The notes below the pieces were generated by a model that was given only the letters and a program-made list of their open reading frames with translations, had not been told where the DNA came from and did not search any database. Below, in pieces: positions 29,550 through 39,824 of a DNA stretch of 64,000 nt. A program made the translations under genes and the position numbers. Each line of letters starts with the position of its first letter. Position 1 is the stretch's first letter. The stretch lies in sequence record OQ790161.1; one strand, given 5' to 3'.

Positions 29550-31259
29550 ATGTCGAACACCGTGCTTCCCGCGACGGTCATCGTGGACCCCAACCGGGGC
29601 TACCGCGAATGGCTGATCAGCGAAATCTACGCACCGGGTAATGCCTCCAGCCAAGGCCAGTACGTCCCCAACAAGGACGACTCGGTACGCGACTGGACTC
29701 TGGGCATCCTGCGTGTGGTCTCGGTGGATTACACCACCGGCATCTCCATCCTTCAGAAGTGGTCCGAACCCCGCGATCCGGGTGTGGTCACTGACGAAGA
29801 CATCCTGCTGGGCGCAGGACCGGGCACCCAGTCCGAGTCCTACCGCACCTACCTGGATCAGTCGGTCTTCCCCCATACCCTGGCCTGCGATGCGCGCCTG
29901 CGCTTCTATGGCACCACCACCCATTCGATCAAGATCTTCCGCGGCGTTGACATCTCCAACAACGGCGAAGTGATCTCCCAGTACTATGACTCGGCCGGCA
30001 ACTTGCTGGGCGAGAACATTCCGCTGGAGCTGGTCAAGGAGTTCCGCGACGGGGTGGTCGTTCCGGGTGAAGCCATCACGCTGGCCAACAAGGCGATCAA
30101 GTCGCCGATGGTCGGTCACACCACGGCCAAGCTCACCGATTACGAAGTGGTCACCATCGTGGCCTACGACGTGGCCGGTCAGCCGGTCAGCCAAGCCAAG
30201 ACCCTGATCAAGAACACCGCCTTCGTGCGCCAGACCGATGCCTCGCTCAAGTACGTGGCCCACATCTCCGTGGAAACCCCGTTCCTGCTGGCCTCCGATC
30301 CGCACGTGATCGAATACCCGATCAACATGCCGGTGGACAACCTGAACCTGATGGGCCGGGTGACGTACTCGGACGGCTCCAGCTTGCTGATGCCGGTCGA
30401 TAGCACCAAGTTCACCATGGCCGGGCTGCGCAACTTCGTGGCGACGATCCAAGGCCAGACCGTGGACCTGATGCTGTCCTATCAGCTCAGCGACGGTGAG
30501 TCGGCCTACCTGCATTCGCCTTCGCCCAACGGCAAGATCAATGTGGCCTACCAGGCACGCACCAAGGAATCCGATGGCGCCTACTCCGTCAAGCTGTTTG
30601 CCTACCCGATCTGGGTGGACCAGCTCAACGGCTACCGCCTGGAGTACCTGCTGTACAACCTGGATCGCAAGCAGGTCTACCGCGTCACCAACCTGATCAC
30701 TCAGGCTGCCAACTCCGCCCCGTTCGATCCGTTGCTGTACAACGTCAAGCAGCGCATCAACGTCGGTGTGAACATGAATCAGGTCGATCCGCTGTTCGAC
30801 AACTGGCGTCACACCCAGCTGTTCGAGATCACCCTGATCCGTCCGGGCAACCAGAACGTGGGCGACAACTGGACTGTGGGTTACACCGCAGGTCAGGATC
30901 CGGCCTACGGCATCAAGGTCAAGGCGCTGTCCACCTTCATCAACGTTGGCAACGCTACGCTGGACATCAGCTGCGGTGCCGAGACGCTGGAAGAGTGGCT
31001 CAACACGGTGTACTACCCGACCCAGCCGCTGTACGACGCCCGCACCGAAACCGGTCCGCTGGTGCCGAACTTCTTCGTGCTGGTCTCGGAGAACAACCGC
31101 ATCGAGCTGCCGATCGGCGACTGGAACAAGACCATCACGGTCGAGCGTACTCCGGCAGAAGGCAAGCTGGTGTACATCGAGTTCCTGCGCAAGATGGCAG
31201 ACAACGATCTGCAGTTGGCCGTGGCGGGTTTGATCACCCACCAAGTGCCGGCAACATAA
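29550..31259 (+). CDS. Virion structural protein (gp26-like position, 569 aa; baseplate candidate)
   Basis: Beta-rich; same synteny upstream of terminase. Confidence 0.65.
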   Translation: MSNTVLPATVIVDPNRGYREWLISEIYAPGNASSQGQYVPNKDDSVRDWTLGILRVVSVDYTTGISILQKWSEPRDPGVVTDEDILLGAGPGTQSESYRTYLDQSVFPHTLACDARLRFYGTTTHSIKIFRGVDISNNGEVISQYYDSAGNLLGENIPLELVKEFRDGVVVPGEAITLANKAIKSPMVGHTTAKLTDYEVVTIVAYDVAGQPVSQAKTLIKNTAFVRQTDASLKYVAHISVETPFLLASDPHVIEYPINMPVDNLNLMGRVTYSDGSSLLMPVDSTKFTMAGLRNFVATIQGQTVDLMLSYQLSDGESAYLHSPSPNGKINVAYQARTKESDGAYSVKLFAYPIWVDQLNGYRLEYLLYNLDRKQVYRVTNLITQAANSAPFDPLLYNVKQRINVGVNMNQVDPLFDNWRHTQLFEITLIRPGNQNVGDNWTVGYTAGQDPAYGIKVKALSTFINVGNATLDISCGAETLEEWLNTVYYPTQPLYDARTETGPLVPNFFVLVSENNRIELPIGDWNKTITVERTPAEGKLVYIEFLRKMADNDLQLAVAGLITHQVPAT

Positions 31260-31266
31260 GCACCCG

Positions 31267-31298
31267 CCCAGTAGAGGAGCTTCGGCTTCTCTACTGGG
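31267..31298 (+). terminator. cUUCGg hairpin
   Basis: CCCAGTAGAGGAGC-ttcg-GCTTCTCTACTGGG. Confidence 0.6.
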
Positions 31299-31384
31299 TC
31301 TTATGGTGTCGATGTCTTTTAGTGATACTGTTCTGCTATGAGCCATGCTGCTGCTACTATATGTGAAGCCCTATTGGACCTATT

Positions 31385-32173
31385 ATGCAGTCAACCAAAT
31401 TGGAATGGCGCGAGATCCCTGGAGTAGACAAAGCGTTTGTGGTAAGCAATGAAGGACGCGTCTACAACCGGGTGCGCCATCGGTTGATTCGCACTTACTT
31501 CAATCACAAAGAGTACGTCATGGTCAGTGTCAGGTCTGAGGATGGACGTCCTCTCACCTGCGCACTCCACCGACTGGTTGCCTTGGCGTTCTTGGAACGA
31601 CCTGAGCGCCATCGTGACAAGGACTACTCCGAACTTCAGGTCAGTCACCGAAACGGCAACAAGGTCGTTAACAGTGTCGACAACCTTGAGTGGGTCACGC
31701 CCACTGAGAACATGGCACTGGCTAGAGCATCGGGGTTCTTTGATAACGAACTGCCCGTACTGGCCAAACCCAACCGGGGGAAAATCAAACACTACCCCAG
31801 CGTTGCCGAATGTGCCCGTCAACACAACCTGCAACCCGTAGACCTGTGGCGACATCTCACCTCTCCCTACGCAGGGATGATCGAGGCTGACGATTGCCGC
31901 TACAAACTTGACAATCAATCCCCATGGCCCAGTCAATGGACCGTACCTGATCCGTCCATTCGAATCGGTATGGCCTGTGACTGCGTGGGTGAGAACGTTG
32001 AGACCGGTCTCAAACTGATCTTCGTCTCGTTGGCACAAGCTGCCAACTATCTGTCCCTCCCACTGACGCCGCTTCGTCTATCTCGTTCGAGAAAAGGCTT
32101 TGACGTGCCCTTTAAGGGATGGATCTTCTACTCGCTGAGCGGACGACCGCTCAGCCGCAAACTCAAAGGGTGA
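31385..32173 (+). mobile_element. Free-standing NUMOD4-HNH homing endonuclease
   Basis: W..IPG...VSN.GRV (NUMOD4), HRLVALAF, VSHRNGNK..N...NLEWVT..EN (HNH); visibly lower GC and weaker codon bias than its neighbours. Confidence 0.85.
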
Positions 32174-34431
32174 CCGTCATTATCCTCTACCTATCGGACT
32201 GGGACAATTTCCCCACTGCGATTGCCGATTTCAAAACGACCAACAAGTCGTTCCTTCGGCTGGCGCAGGTGTACGAGAAGATGGGCGTTCGTAACAACGC
32301 ATTCCATCTTTCCCTCCTCAACCCTGACCTGCAAGGTGTCAACCCCTTCGCAGATGACCTGACGATCGAGCAGAAGATCGCCATTGGTTTTGAGTGTGCT
32401 CAGAACCCGTGGTACTTCTTCCGTGAAGTGGTCCGTGTGCCGCCGCAGTCCGGTCCCAACCCGGTACAGCTGCGTGCCAACCGTGGTAACATCGCGTTGT
32501 TCTGGTCCTTCTTCAACCACATCGACGTTGCGTTGATCCAACCCCGTCAGACGGGCAAGTCCGTGTCAACCGACTGCTTGATGACCAACATCACCTACAT
32601 GTCCACGGACAATACCACGGTGACGATGATCACCAAGGATAACGATCTGCGGCGTAAGAACGTGGAACGTCTGAAGAAGATCCGTGACCTGTTGCCGAAC
32701 TACCTGATCTCCATCAGCTCGGACGATGCCGACAACCAGATCGAGCTGACGTACAAGATTCGTAAGAACTCGTACATGACGGCAGTGGCGCAGAACAACG
32801 AAGCCGGTGCAAACAACGTCGGTCGTGGTCTGACCTCGCCCATCCTGCATTCGGACGAAGGCCCGTTCACCAGCTGGATCCAAGTCATTCTGCCGGCAGC
32901 ACTGGCAGCAGGTACCGCAGCTCGTAACGAAGCCCGTGCCAACGGACGCCCCTACGGTAACATCTTCACCACCACGGCGGGAAAGAAGGACACCAAGGAA
33001 GGCAAGTTCATGTACGACATGATCTTCGGCGGTGCCACCTGGGATGAGCGTCTGGCCTTTGACAGCGCCAACGAAAAGGAACTGCGTGAGCGCGTGCTGG
33101 CCAACTGCATGGGCGTGCCCGGACAGAAGGGTGCCAAGCGTGCACTGTTCAACATCACCCTGTCGCACAAGCAGCTGGGTGAAACCGACGAATGGTTGAT
33201 GGACGCGATCTCCAACGTGGCCGGTGCTACCCCGGACATGATCGAGCGCGACTTCTTGAATCGTTGGACGGCCGGTTCGCTGCGCTCGCCGCTGTCGACC
33301 GAACTGAACGAACGCATCAAGGGCTCGGAGCGTAACGCCAACTACATGGAGTTCTCCACCGACAACTACTGCCTGAACTGGTACATCCCGGAACATGAAG
33401 TAGCTCGGCGCATGGCCGAAGGTCGCTTCGTGGCTGGACTGGATACCTCTGAAGCAGTGGGTCGCGATACCATCGCACTAGTGGTGGTGGACGTTGAAGA
33501 TCTCTCGGTGGTAGCCACCGGTACCTACAACGAAACCAACCTGATCCGCTTCTCCCATTACTTGGGCAGTCTGCTGATCAAGTACCCCACCATCACCTTG
33601 ATCCCCGAGCGCAAGTCCACCGGCGGTATGATCGTGGACTACCTGATCCTCCAGCTGATCAAGGCCGGACAGGATCCGTTCAAGCGTATCTTCAACCGCA
33701 TCGTGGAAGAGGCGCAGATCAAGAAGGAAGACTACCAGGAACTGCAACGCCCCTTGGCGGTGCGTACGGATAACTTCTACGACACGCGTAAGGCCAGCTT
33801 CGGCTTTGTCACCAATGCCGACAACCGGACCTTGCTGTACACCACCATTCTCCAGCAGGCTGCCAAGAACGGCGGTGCGGTGGTGCATAGTGAACGCCTG
33901 TCGACGGAGATCCGTAGTCTGGTCGTCAAGAACGATCGTATCGATCACTCCAGCTCCGGACACGATGACCACGTCATTGCCTGGCTGCTGGCACACTGGA
34001 TGCTGACCCAAGGTCGTAACCTGTCCCATTACGGTATCGACCACAGTCGCGTGATGTCCGGTGTGGCCCACTTCGCAGAACGTGAGGAAACCCCCGGTGA
34101 GGTCTACGCTCGTGAGCAGCAGAACCGTCTGTTGCGTGAGGCCAGTGACTTGCTTGATGGCCTGAGCCGTGAGCGGGATCCGTGGGTGTTGGCCAAGTTG
34201 GAAGGTCGCCTGCGGTCGCTGTCTGGTCGTCTGGTCGATGACGGGGATACCTCCTACGTACAGACCATCGATGCAGCGATCAACGAATCGCGCGATAACC
34301 GCGAGAAGCTCAAGCGTCTGCAATCGCGTGGGGGTTCGCAAGTGGGTGGGTACCGTCCGATGGATCGTGCTGTCACCTACGGCAACTACGCTCCGCAAGG
34401 TGGACCGGGTCATCTGTTCAGTTGGGCCTAA
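32170..34431 (+). CDS. terL: Terminase large subunit (phiKZ gp25-like)
   Basis: Walker A PRQTGKS, Walker B ILHSDEG, nuclease GLDTSEA..RD and HDDHVIAW. Probable start is the GTG overlapping the HNH stop; an alternative ATG lies at 32119. Confidence 0.92.
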   Translation: MTVIILYLSDWDNFPTAIADFKTTNKSFLRLAQVYEKMGVRNNAFHLSLLNPDLQGVNPFADDLTIEQKIAIGFECAQNPWYFFREVVRVPPQSGPNPVQLRANRGNIALFWSFFNHIDVALIQPRQTGKSVSTDCLMTNITYMSTDNTTVTMITKDNDLRRKNVERLKKIRDLLPNYLISISSDDADNQIELTYKIRKNSYMTAVAQNNEAGANNVGRGLTSPILHSDEGPFTSWIQVILPAALAAGTAARNEARANGRPYGNIFTTTAGKKDTKEGKFMYDMIFGGATWDERLAFDSANEKELRERVLANCMGVPGQKGAKRALFNITLSHKQLGETDEWLMDAISNVAGATPDMIERDFLNRWTAGSLRSPLSTELNERIKGSERNANYMEFSTDNYCLNWYIPEHEVARRMAEGRFVAGLDTSEAVGRDTIALVVVDVEDLSVVATGTYNETNLIRFSHYLGSLLIKYPTITLIPERKSTGGMIVDYLILQLIKAGQDPFKRIFNRIVEEAQIKKEDYQELQRPLAVRTDNFYDTRKASFGFVTNADNRTLLYTTILQQAAKNGGAVVHSERLSTEIRSLVVKNDRIDHSSSGHDDHVIAWLLAHWMLTQGRNLSHYGIDHSRVMSGVAHFAEREETPGEVYAREQQNRLLREASDLLDGLSRERDPWVLAKLEGRLRSLSGRLVDDGDTSYVQTIDAAINESRDNREKLKRLQSRGGSQVGGYRPMDRAVTYGNYAPQGGPGHLFSWA

Positions 34432-34443
34432 AAGCAATAGGCA

Positions 34444-34480
34444 GCATAGACCCCCGCCCTTCGGGGCGGGGGCTTATGTC
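34444..34480. repeat. GCATA-hairpin(cUUCGg)-TATGTC element between convergent genes
   Basis: GCATA-ga-CCCCCGCCC-ttcg-GGGCGGGGG-ct-TATGTC. Confidence 0.7.
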
Positions 34481-34482
34481 GG

Positions 34483-34833
34483 TTACAGAGCTGCGGCGAA
34501 CTGAACCTGCTTCAACTTCTCCATCGTGGCCATACGTGCCACTTCCAGAGAGACCATCTCCATCGAATGCTCCAGCGACAGGCGCAGGATCTTGGAGGTG
34601 GTGTACTTGCGACCGCCCTTGAGCTGCAAGGTCGCAGTCACGTCCCAACCTTCCACCACCTGGTCTTTCAGCCAGGGATAGAGGAACTTGCGACGGATGG
34701 TCACCGGGGCAACCGTCACGCGCACCTTCCGGAACTCCGGAGCGGTATTCTTGACCAACCGAATCACTTCGGTGGCTGCACCAAAGCTGGTGCGTACGCG
34801 GGAGGGACCTTCGAGAAGTTGATTGAGGTTCAT
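34483..34833 (-). CDS. Hypothetical protein (~116 aa)
   Basis: ATGA coupling with the upstream gene. Confidence 0.55.
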   Translation of the reverse strand: MNLNQLLEGPSRVRTSFGAATEVIRLVKNTAPEFRKVRVTVAPVTIRRKFLYPWLKDQVVEGWDVTATLQLKGGRKYTTSKILRLSLEHSMEMVSLEVARMATMEKLKQVQFAAAL

Positions 34834-35231
34834 AGCTCGCACTTGATGGTCGGATAGAAAGGACCCATGCGATCCAAGAACGCATGCAATGCATACGTGT
34901 GTGGATGCTGGGTGTCACGAAGAAGGGAATTGCAGAGCAGCGGATAAACCACCGGCTCAAAGAGCCGTTGATCCAAAGTCACCCGAACATCCTCGGGTGC
35001 GAACGCCAAGACGCGATAGACCGTATGGGTGGTGGGCAACAGCCACCACCGACGGTAGTGAGTAGCGTAGGTGATCTGGGTCACCGTCACGCCAATCTCC
35101 ACATCTGCATCTGCGAGGGACGGTCGCAACGTCAGTTGACGATGCGCCACTTGTCCCAAGTATTCCACCGTGGTCCGATCTCCTACGATCCAATCTGCCA
35201 GCTCCCCGATTTTTTCCAGCAACCAGTCCAT
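34830..35231 (-). CDS. Hypothetical protein (~133 aa)
   Basis: ATG 35231; same operon. Confidence 0.55.
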   Translation of the reverse strand: MDWLLEKIGELADWIVGDRTTVEYLGQVAHRQLTLRPSLADADVEIGVTVTQITYATHYRRWWLLPTTHTVYRVLAFAPEDVRVTLDQRLFEPVVYPLLCNSLLRDTQHPHTYALHAFLDRMGPFYPTIKCEL

Positions 35232-35260
35232 GACAGGTCTCCGGTTAAGGGGAAGGAAGA

Positions 35261-36496
35261 TCACGTCGCTGCCGAGCCGCCGCCTTGGTAATACTGCATG
35301 GCCATGGCCCGCAGCACCAAGTACAACTGCACACCGGTGCGAACCGAGGCGATGACCGAATCGTTCTTGGTCTTGATCGCCTGGGTAACCACACGCTCAG
35401 ACAACTCTTTTGTCTTGAGCAGTGATTCATTGGACATGCGCGAAGCCATGTACATCGAGCGCAGCTTGGCGATCAGTGGAGTCAATCCACCGCGGGCGTT
35501 GTACAGCGATCGATCCGAGGAAATCAGATCGAAGGCGTAGATCAACGACTCATCAGCCAACTCGGTGATGTATTCATGGCGAGGGACCATCCGATTCCGG
35601 CTCATCCATTCCAGTGTTTCCACCAGGTGGCGAGGGTTCATCGTGTGCATGCCATCGGCGATCACATCCACCAGCTCATCGCGGATAAACGACTTGGGGT
35701 CGTCCATCACGCCATGCAGGTAGCGGATAAAGGTCGAGAACTGCTTGGTCCGGTCCTGAAGGACAACGGTACCATCAATCTCTCGCACACTCTTTTCGCT
35801 GTTGACACGCACGCCCTTGGCATGCAGATCATAGAAGACTTTGCTGATCGACTTGATCAGCTCCTTCAAGCGGTTCTGGATGTCGTTGATCATCTTGATC
35901 ACATCGTCATCCGAGCGCATCTCCATATACGCTCGCCGGTGCACGCTCCGAGTGGAGACCATGTCCTTGGCGCGCTTTTCGAGCAGGTCATACCAGCTCT
36001 TGGATGTCTTGATCAGGTACTTACGCGACATGGCTGCCAGCGTGGCCTGAGCGGTGCCCTGATCGGCAGGGTATTGCCAGAAGTTGTGCAGCAACGAGCC
36101 CATGAGCTTGTACTGCATGATCTGGATCGTCAACGTGGCCCCTTCCTCTTTCAAGGCAGGTGACAAGTTGGAAGTCATGATCCGGTGGGTGAGCCAGATG
36201 CAGGACTGGTTGAAGGCGTCGTTGGCGCGGACCCAGGTTTGGTCGTGCGGCAACCGCTTGATCCCTTCTTCGATGAGCAGGTCATCGATTTCCAGAACTT
36301 CGGCGAACCACCTGTCTCGATCGGTGGGTCGGAAACGCATCGGATGCACGCCGGTGAGCTGACCGCCGAAGAAGGCGATGTGATCCTCGTTGCGATTGAC
36401 GATAGCGCGCTCGAACTCCCGGAGACGTTGGATCAACTTCACATCGACGACGAAGTCCGGAGACGCGTCGTTGAAGATAGACTTGAACGTTTCCAC
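35261..36496 (-). CDS. Conserved phiKZ-like virion protein (gp32-like, 411 aa)
   Basis: GTG start with GGAG RBS; NEDHIAFFGG.LTGV...RF...DRDRWF pattern, recalled from phiKZ-like structural proteins. Confidence 0.6.
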   Translation of the reverse strand: METFKSIFNDASPDFVVDVKLIQRLREFERAIVNRNEDHIAFFGGQLTGVHPMRFRPTDRDRWFAEVLEIDDLLIEEGIKRLPHDQTWVRANDAFNQSCIWLTHRIMTSNLSPALKEEGATLTIQIMQYKLMGSLLHNFWQYPADQGTAQATLAAMSRKYLIKTSKSWYDLLEKRAKDMVSTRSVHRRAYMEMRSDDDVIKMINDIQNRLKELIKSISKVFYDLHAKGVRVNSEKSVREIDGTVVLQDRTKQFSTFIRYLHGVMDDPKSFIRDELVDVIADGMHTMNPRHLVETLEWMSRNRMVPRHEYITELADESLIYAFDLISSDRSLYNARGGLTPLIAKLRSMYMASRMSNESLLKTKELSERVVTQAIKTKNDSVIASVRTGVQLYLVLRAMAMQYYQGGGSAAT

Positions 36497-36499
36497 GTG

Positions 36500-36850
36500 T
36501 AGCTCCAGTGGGGCTTGTATGTGTGACTATACAATGGAGCGGCAGGTGAGGTTTGAACATAAGGTCATGTCAACGAAGTATGAAATTACTGTGAAGATGA
36601 AGTTAAGTATTTCCTTACATCAAAGACTCTAAGTGTAGGACCCATTTTTACAGTAGTACTTTAGTACTACTATGTATTACTAATAGGGGAGGTCCATTTT
36701 GAGACGGCAGTCGAAAAATGAAACAGGGGTGGGAATTGAACACTCAGCCTTGGGGGCTGAGTTTTATGCCCTGTGTGAAATTAGCTGCGTGGGTTTTTGA
36801 GAACCCACTCCGCACTACCCTATGACTGAACTTCCTTCGGAGTCTTACCC
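36500..36850. promoter_or_regulatory. AT-rich divergent promoter region
   Basis: 350 bp non-coding and strongly AT-rich against a GC-rich background; ACTATA (36526), TACTATGTATTAC (36668) and a hairpin at 36742-36762. Confidence 0.55.
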
Positions 36851-37786
36851 ATGAGTCAGAACGCTAACCCGTCCACCATGCGGGTGGACGTGATCTGCAC
36901 CCCTTCGCAACAGGTCGCGCTCGAAGCGCTCCTGGATACGGCAATCTTCCGTTTCCCCCATTCCAGCGTTTCGCTGGAAACCCAACAACTCGATGAAGTC
37001 CAGAAGCAGCGTGATCTGGCCGATCACCACGAGAACATCCGCAAACTGCTGAAGGCTGAAAAGCCCACCGGCGTTCCGCACCTGTTCGTTCTGGATCCCA
37101 ACCGTCTGGCCGACGGTGACCTGGAATCCCAAGCCACGCTGCAAGCGCTGGCCAATGCGCACTTCTCCAACTCCGAACGCGCAGCCGTTGCACTGCTGCC
37201 GCCTGCCATGGGTCTGACGACTGCCGGCGCTGGCGCGGTGAGCCTGCTCAAGGACGGCATCTTGGCCGACACCGGCGTGACCACGCTCGAGTCGATCGAA
37301 GCGATCCGCCTGCACTTCCTGGGACCGAATGGGTTGATCCCTTCGATGGAAGCGCACGTGGATCAGAAGTTCCTCGATACCCTGTTCTCCGAAAAGGGAA
37401 TTTCCCACAAGCCCTTCGATGAGCAAGACATCGAATTCATCGAGACGCACATGGGCCGGCAGCTTCCCTCGGCCCTGCGCAAGTTCTACGCCGACATCGG
37501 CAGCTTCCGCGCTGACAGCACCACGGTGTTTGCTGCGACCCCGGCCATGGAAGAAACCTCGAAGATGGCCCGCTCCAATCACCACCTGCCGCACACCTAC
37601 TTCGTGTTCGGCCGTAAGGTGTTCAAGCAGGACATCGGACAGATCAAGGCCGGCGATGAGTTCATGCTCATCTGCGACCTGAAGACGGGCAAAGCCGGAT
37701 ACCTGTCCTACAAGGTACCCTTCGTCACCACGCCCAGTAGCGCCCTGCTGGAGTTCATTGCCAGCCTGGTGCATTACAACGATTGA
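36851..37786 (+). CDS. Two-domain protein with C-terminal SMI1/KNR4 (SUKH) domain
   Basis: P(F)DEQDIEFIETHMGRQLPSALRKFY..IG motif. Confidence 0.65.
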   Translation: MSQNANPSTMRVDVICTPSQQVALEALLDTAIFRFPHSSVSLETQQLDEVQKQRDLADHHENIRKLLKAEKPTGVPHLFVLDPNRLADGDLESQATLQALANAHFSNSERAAVALLPPAMGLTTAGAGAVSLLKDGILADTGVTTLESIEAIRLHFLGPNGLIPSMEAHVDQKFLDTLFSEKGISHKPFDEQDIEFIETHMGRQLPSALRKFYADIGSFRADSTTVFAATPAMEETSKMARSNHHLPHTYFVFGRKVFKQDIGQIKAGDEFMLICDLKTGKAGYLSYKVPFVTTPSSALLEFIASLVHYND

Positions 37787-37790
37787 CCCC

Positions 37791-37826
37791 CATAAAGCCC
37801 CTGCCTTCGGGCAGGGGTCTTATGCC
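37791..37826 (+). repeat. CATA-hairpin(cUUCGg)-TATGCC element
   Basis: CATA-aa-GCCCCTGCC-ttcg-GGCAGGGGT-ct-TATGCC. Confidence 0.7.
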
Positions 37827-38035
37827 GCCTTAAAAGTCGATTCAAAAGAACTTCAGTTACATACTACAACTACGACAGAGTACCTGTACTCGCTATCCTA
37901 CCGCTTCTATGGCGGGGGTCGGTAGTGCTCGTAAACGGATGCCCCTCCTGATACGAGGTGCGGACTACCCAAACCCCCGCCACCTTTTCCCATCGCACCG
38001 AAACGAATCGGTGTCTACTTCAAGGAGCTTCACCC

Positions 38036-38509
38036 ATGACTTACCACTCGCCACAGCAGATCGTTCTGAAAGATTCCAACAATCGTCCGGTCCTGTCGAT
38101 CGAGGCCCGCATCAACGTCGTGTTCGGTGCCGCCCAGATCTCGGATGTGGATCGGCAGCATCTGTGGCGGTTTGTGGACTTGGCCTACCCGGACGCCCAC
38201 TTCACCTTCCTGCCCGAACCGACGTTGGATGGTCGCGTCCAGATCTCCCTGCACTACGAGCTGGTCAAGAACAGCCAGTGGACTCGTCCGGATGATCGCA
38301 ATACCGGCGGTCAAGGTCTGCGCGTGCAGGTGAGCAACTACTCCGGTGAGTTCATGGACATCAAGGACGCCATCGCAGACTACCGCGGTCAAGGTCACTC
38401 GGGCACCTTCGAACGCTTCGAGAAACTGCTGGCACTGCTCGACCTGCCCAAGGGTCATGAGAACTTTGCGCTGGAACACTTCAGCAGCTACCTCTTCGGC
38501 ACCAACTGA
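38036..38509 (+). CDS. Hypothetical protein (157 aa)
   Basis: AAGGAG RBS before ATG 38036. Confidence 0.7.
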   Translation: MTYHSPQQIVLKDSNNRPVLSIEARINVVFGAAQISDVDRQHLWRFVDLAYPDAHFTFLPEPTLDGRVQISLHYELVKNSQWTRPDDRNTGGQGLRVQVSNYSGEFMDIKDAIADYRGQGHSGTFERFEKLLALLDLPKGHENFALEHFSSYLFGTN

Positions 38510-38574
38510 TCCAAGTTTTACTCAACCGCCTTTCCCGTATACCACATCCCATCACTTTCAGAGGTAAACCTCCA

Positions 38575-39111
38575 ATGCAGACCCAGACCTTCAAGCAGAC
38601 CGTCCGTCGTCATGTCCGTGGCTTCATCGGTTCGCTGTTCCGCAACAACTCCAATCCGGCCTGGCAGGGTCGTAACCACAACCACCTGGAAAGCGAGTAC
38701 CGTCGCAAGCTGTCCTCGCCGCTGGCCGCTGCTTCCTTGCTGATCAGCTGGATCATGGCCGATGAGGATGCAGTCAAGATCCTGCAACAGAATCCGGCCG
38801 ACCAGCCGCAGCTGATGCGAGTGGCCGTGGTTGGCGATGAGATCCGCATCAACCTGTACCGCCTGGAGCTTTTCCCCGGCGGTCCGCTGACCCGTCCCTT
38901 CAACGACAACTGGGCCAAGGACGGGATCATCGACTTCACGATGGTGCTGCGCGATGGCAAGCAGCACTACCAGCATCTGCTCCATGACTTGCGTGCTGAC
39001 CTGAGCTACGACGCCTTCGAACCTTACGCCTCCCTGACGCTGCCGCTGGTGGCCGAAGAGATGGATTCGATCAACGCAGTGACCACCCCGGCCTGGCGTC
39101 AGCTCTCCTAA
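38575..39111 (+). CDS. Hypothetical protein (178 aa)
   Basis: GAGG RBS; host-like codon bias. Confidence 0.7.
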   Translation: MQTQTFKQTVRRHVRGFIGSLFRNNSNPAWQGRNHNHLESEYRRKLSSPLAAASLLISWIMADEDAVKILQQNPADQPQLMRVAVVGDEIRINLYRLELFPGGPLTRPFNDNWAKDGIIDFTMVLRDGKQHYQHLLHDLRADLSYDAFEPYASLTLPLVAEEMDSINAVTTPAWRQLS

Positions 39112-39172
39112 TCGGAGGGCAACGCCAATGCCACGTGCACCACCCCTTCTCAACTTCCCAATAGGTATTCTC

Positions 39173-39781
39173 ATGAACAGCAACTTCAAGCGTTACGCCC
39201 TGCTCGCCGTCCTGCTGGCCGTTGTGCCGGCCTGCCATTCCAAGAGTGGCACGGTGGACACCCATCCGATCCAGAAGGGCATCAACGATGCCACCGTCCA
39301 GAAGGCCCTGGAAGCGGAAAACCCGAACATGGCGTTCGTGGCACCGGCTGCCAAGCAGGTTGCCATGGCCACCACCCCCGCCGGCCTGGCCCAGGCCACC
39401 AACCAGCAGGCCGTGCCGGCTGATGGTACCGAGTACCAAGTCGACCTGGTGGAAATGAAGCAAGCCCTGACCACCAAGGATCCGGGCCGCTTCGTCAGCC
39501 TGCCGACCAGCTTCAAGCTGGGCTACCCGGTCTTCGCCGCTACCTGCATCTTCAATCCGGGCGAAGCCGAGTGCACCCTGGCTGATGGTGAGGTGGTCGA
39601 TGAAGCCTACTTGGCTGCCCATACCACCGTGATCCGTAATATCGACGTGCTGGGCCTGACCTGTGGTCAGATCTGCGTGGACGAAGAAGGCAACGTGCTG
39701 GGCCATGTCTCCAAGGAGATGATGGCATGGCGCGACCGCAACTGCACCTGGGTGGATTACGGCACCCCCAAGTGTAAGTAA
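39173..39781 (+). CDS. Putative lipoprotein with Cys-rich C-terminal domain (202 aa)
   Basis: MNSNFKR-YALLAVLLAVVPA-C: basic n-region, hydrophobic h-region and lipobox-like Cys; six Cys in the C-terminal half. Confidence 0.65.
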   Translation: MNSNFKRYALLAVLLAVVPACHSKSGTVDTHPIQKGINDATVQKALEAENPNMAFVAPAAKQVAMATTPAGLAQATNQQAVPADGTEYQVDLVEMKQALTTKDPGRFVSLPTSFKLGYPVFAATCIFNPGEAECTLADGEVVDEAYLAAHTTVIRNIDVLGLTCGQICVDEEGNVLGHVSKEMMAWRDRNCTWVDYGTPKCK

Positions 39782-39824
39782 GCAACACCCCGCCGCACAC
39801 ACCTCAGGAAAATAAGAAAAGACC

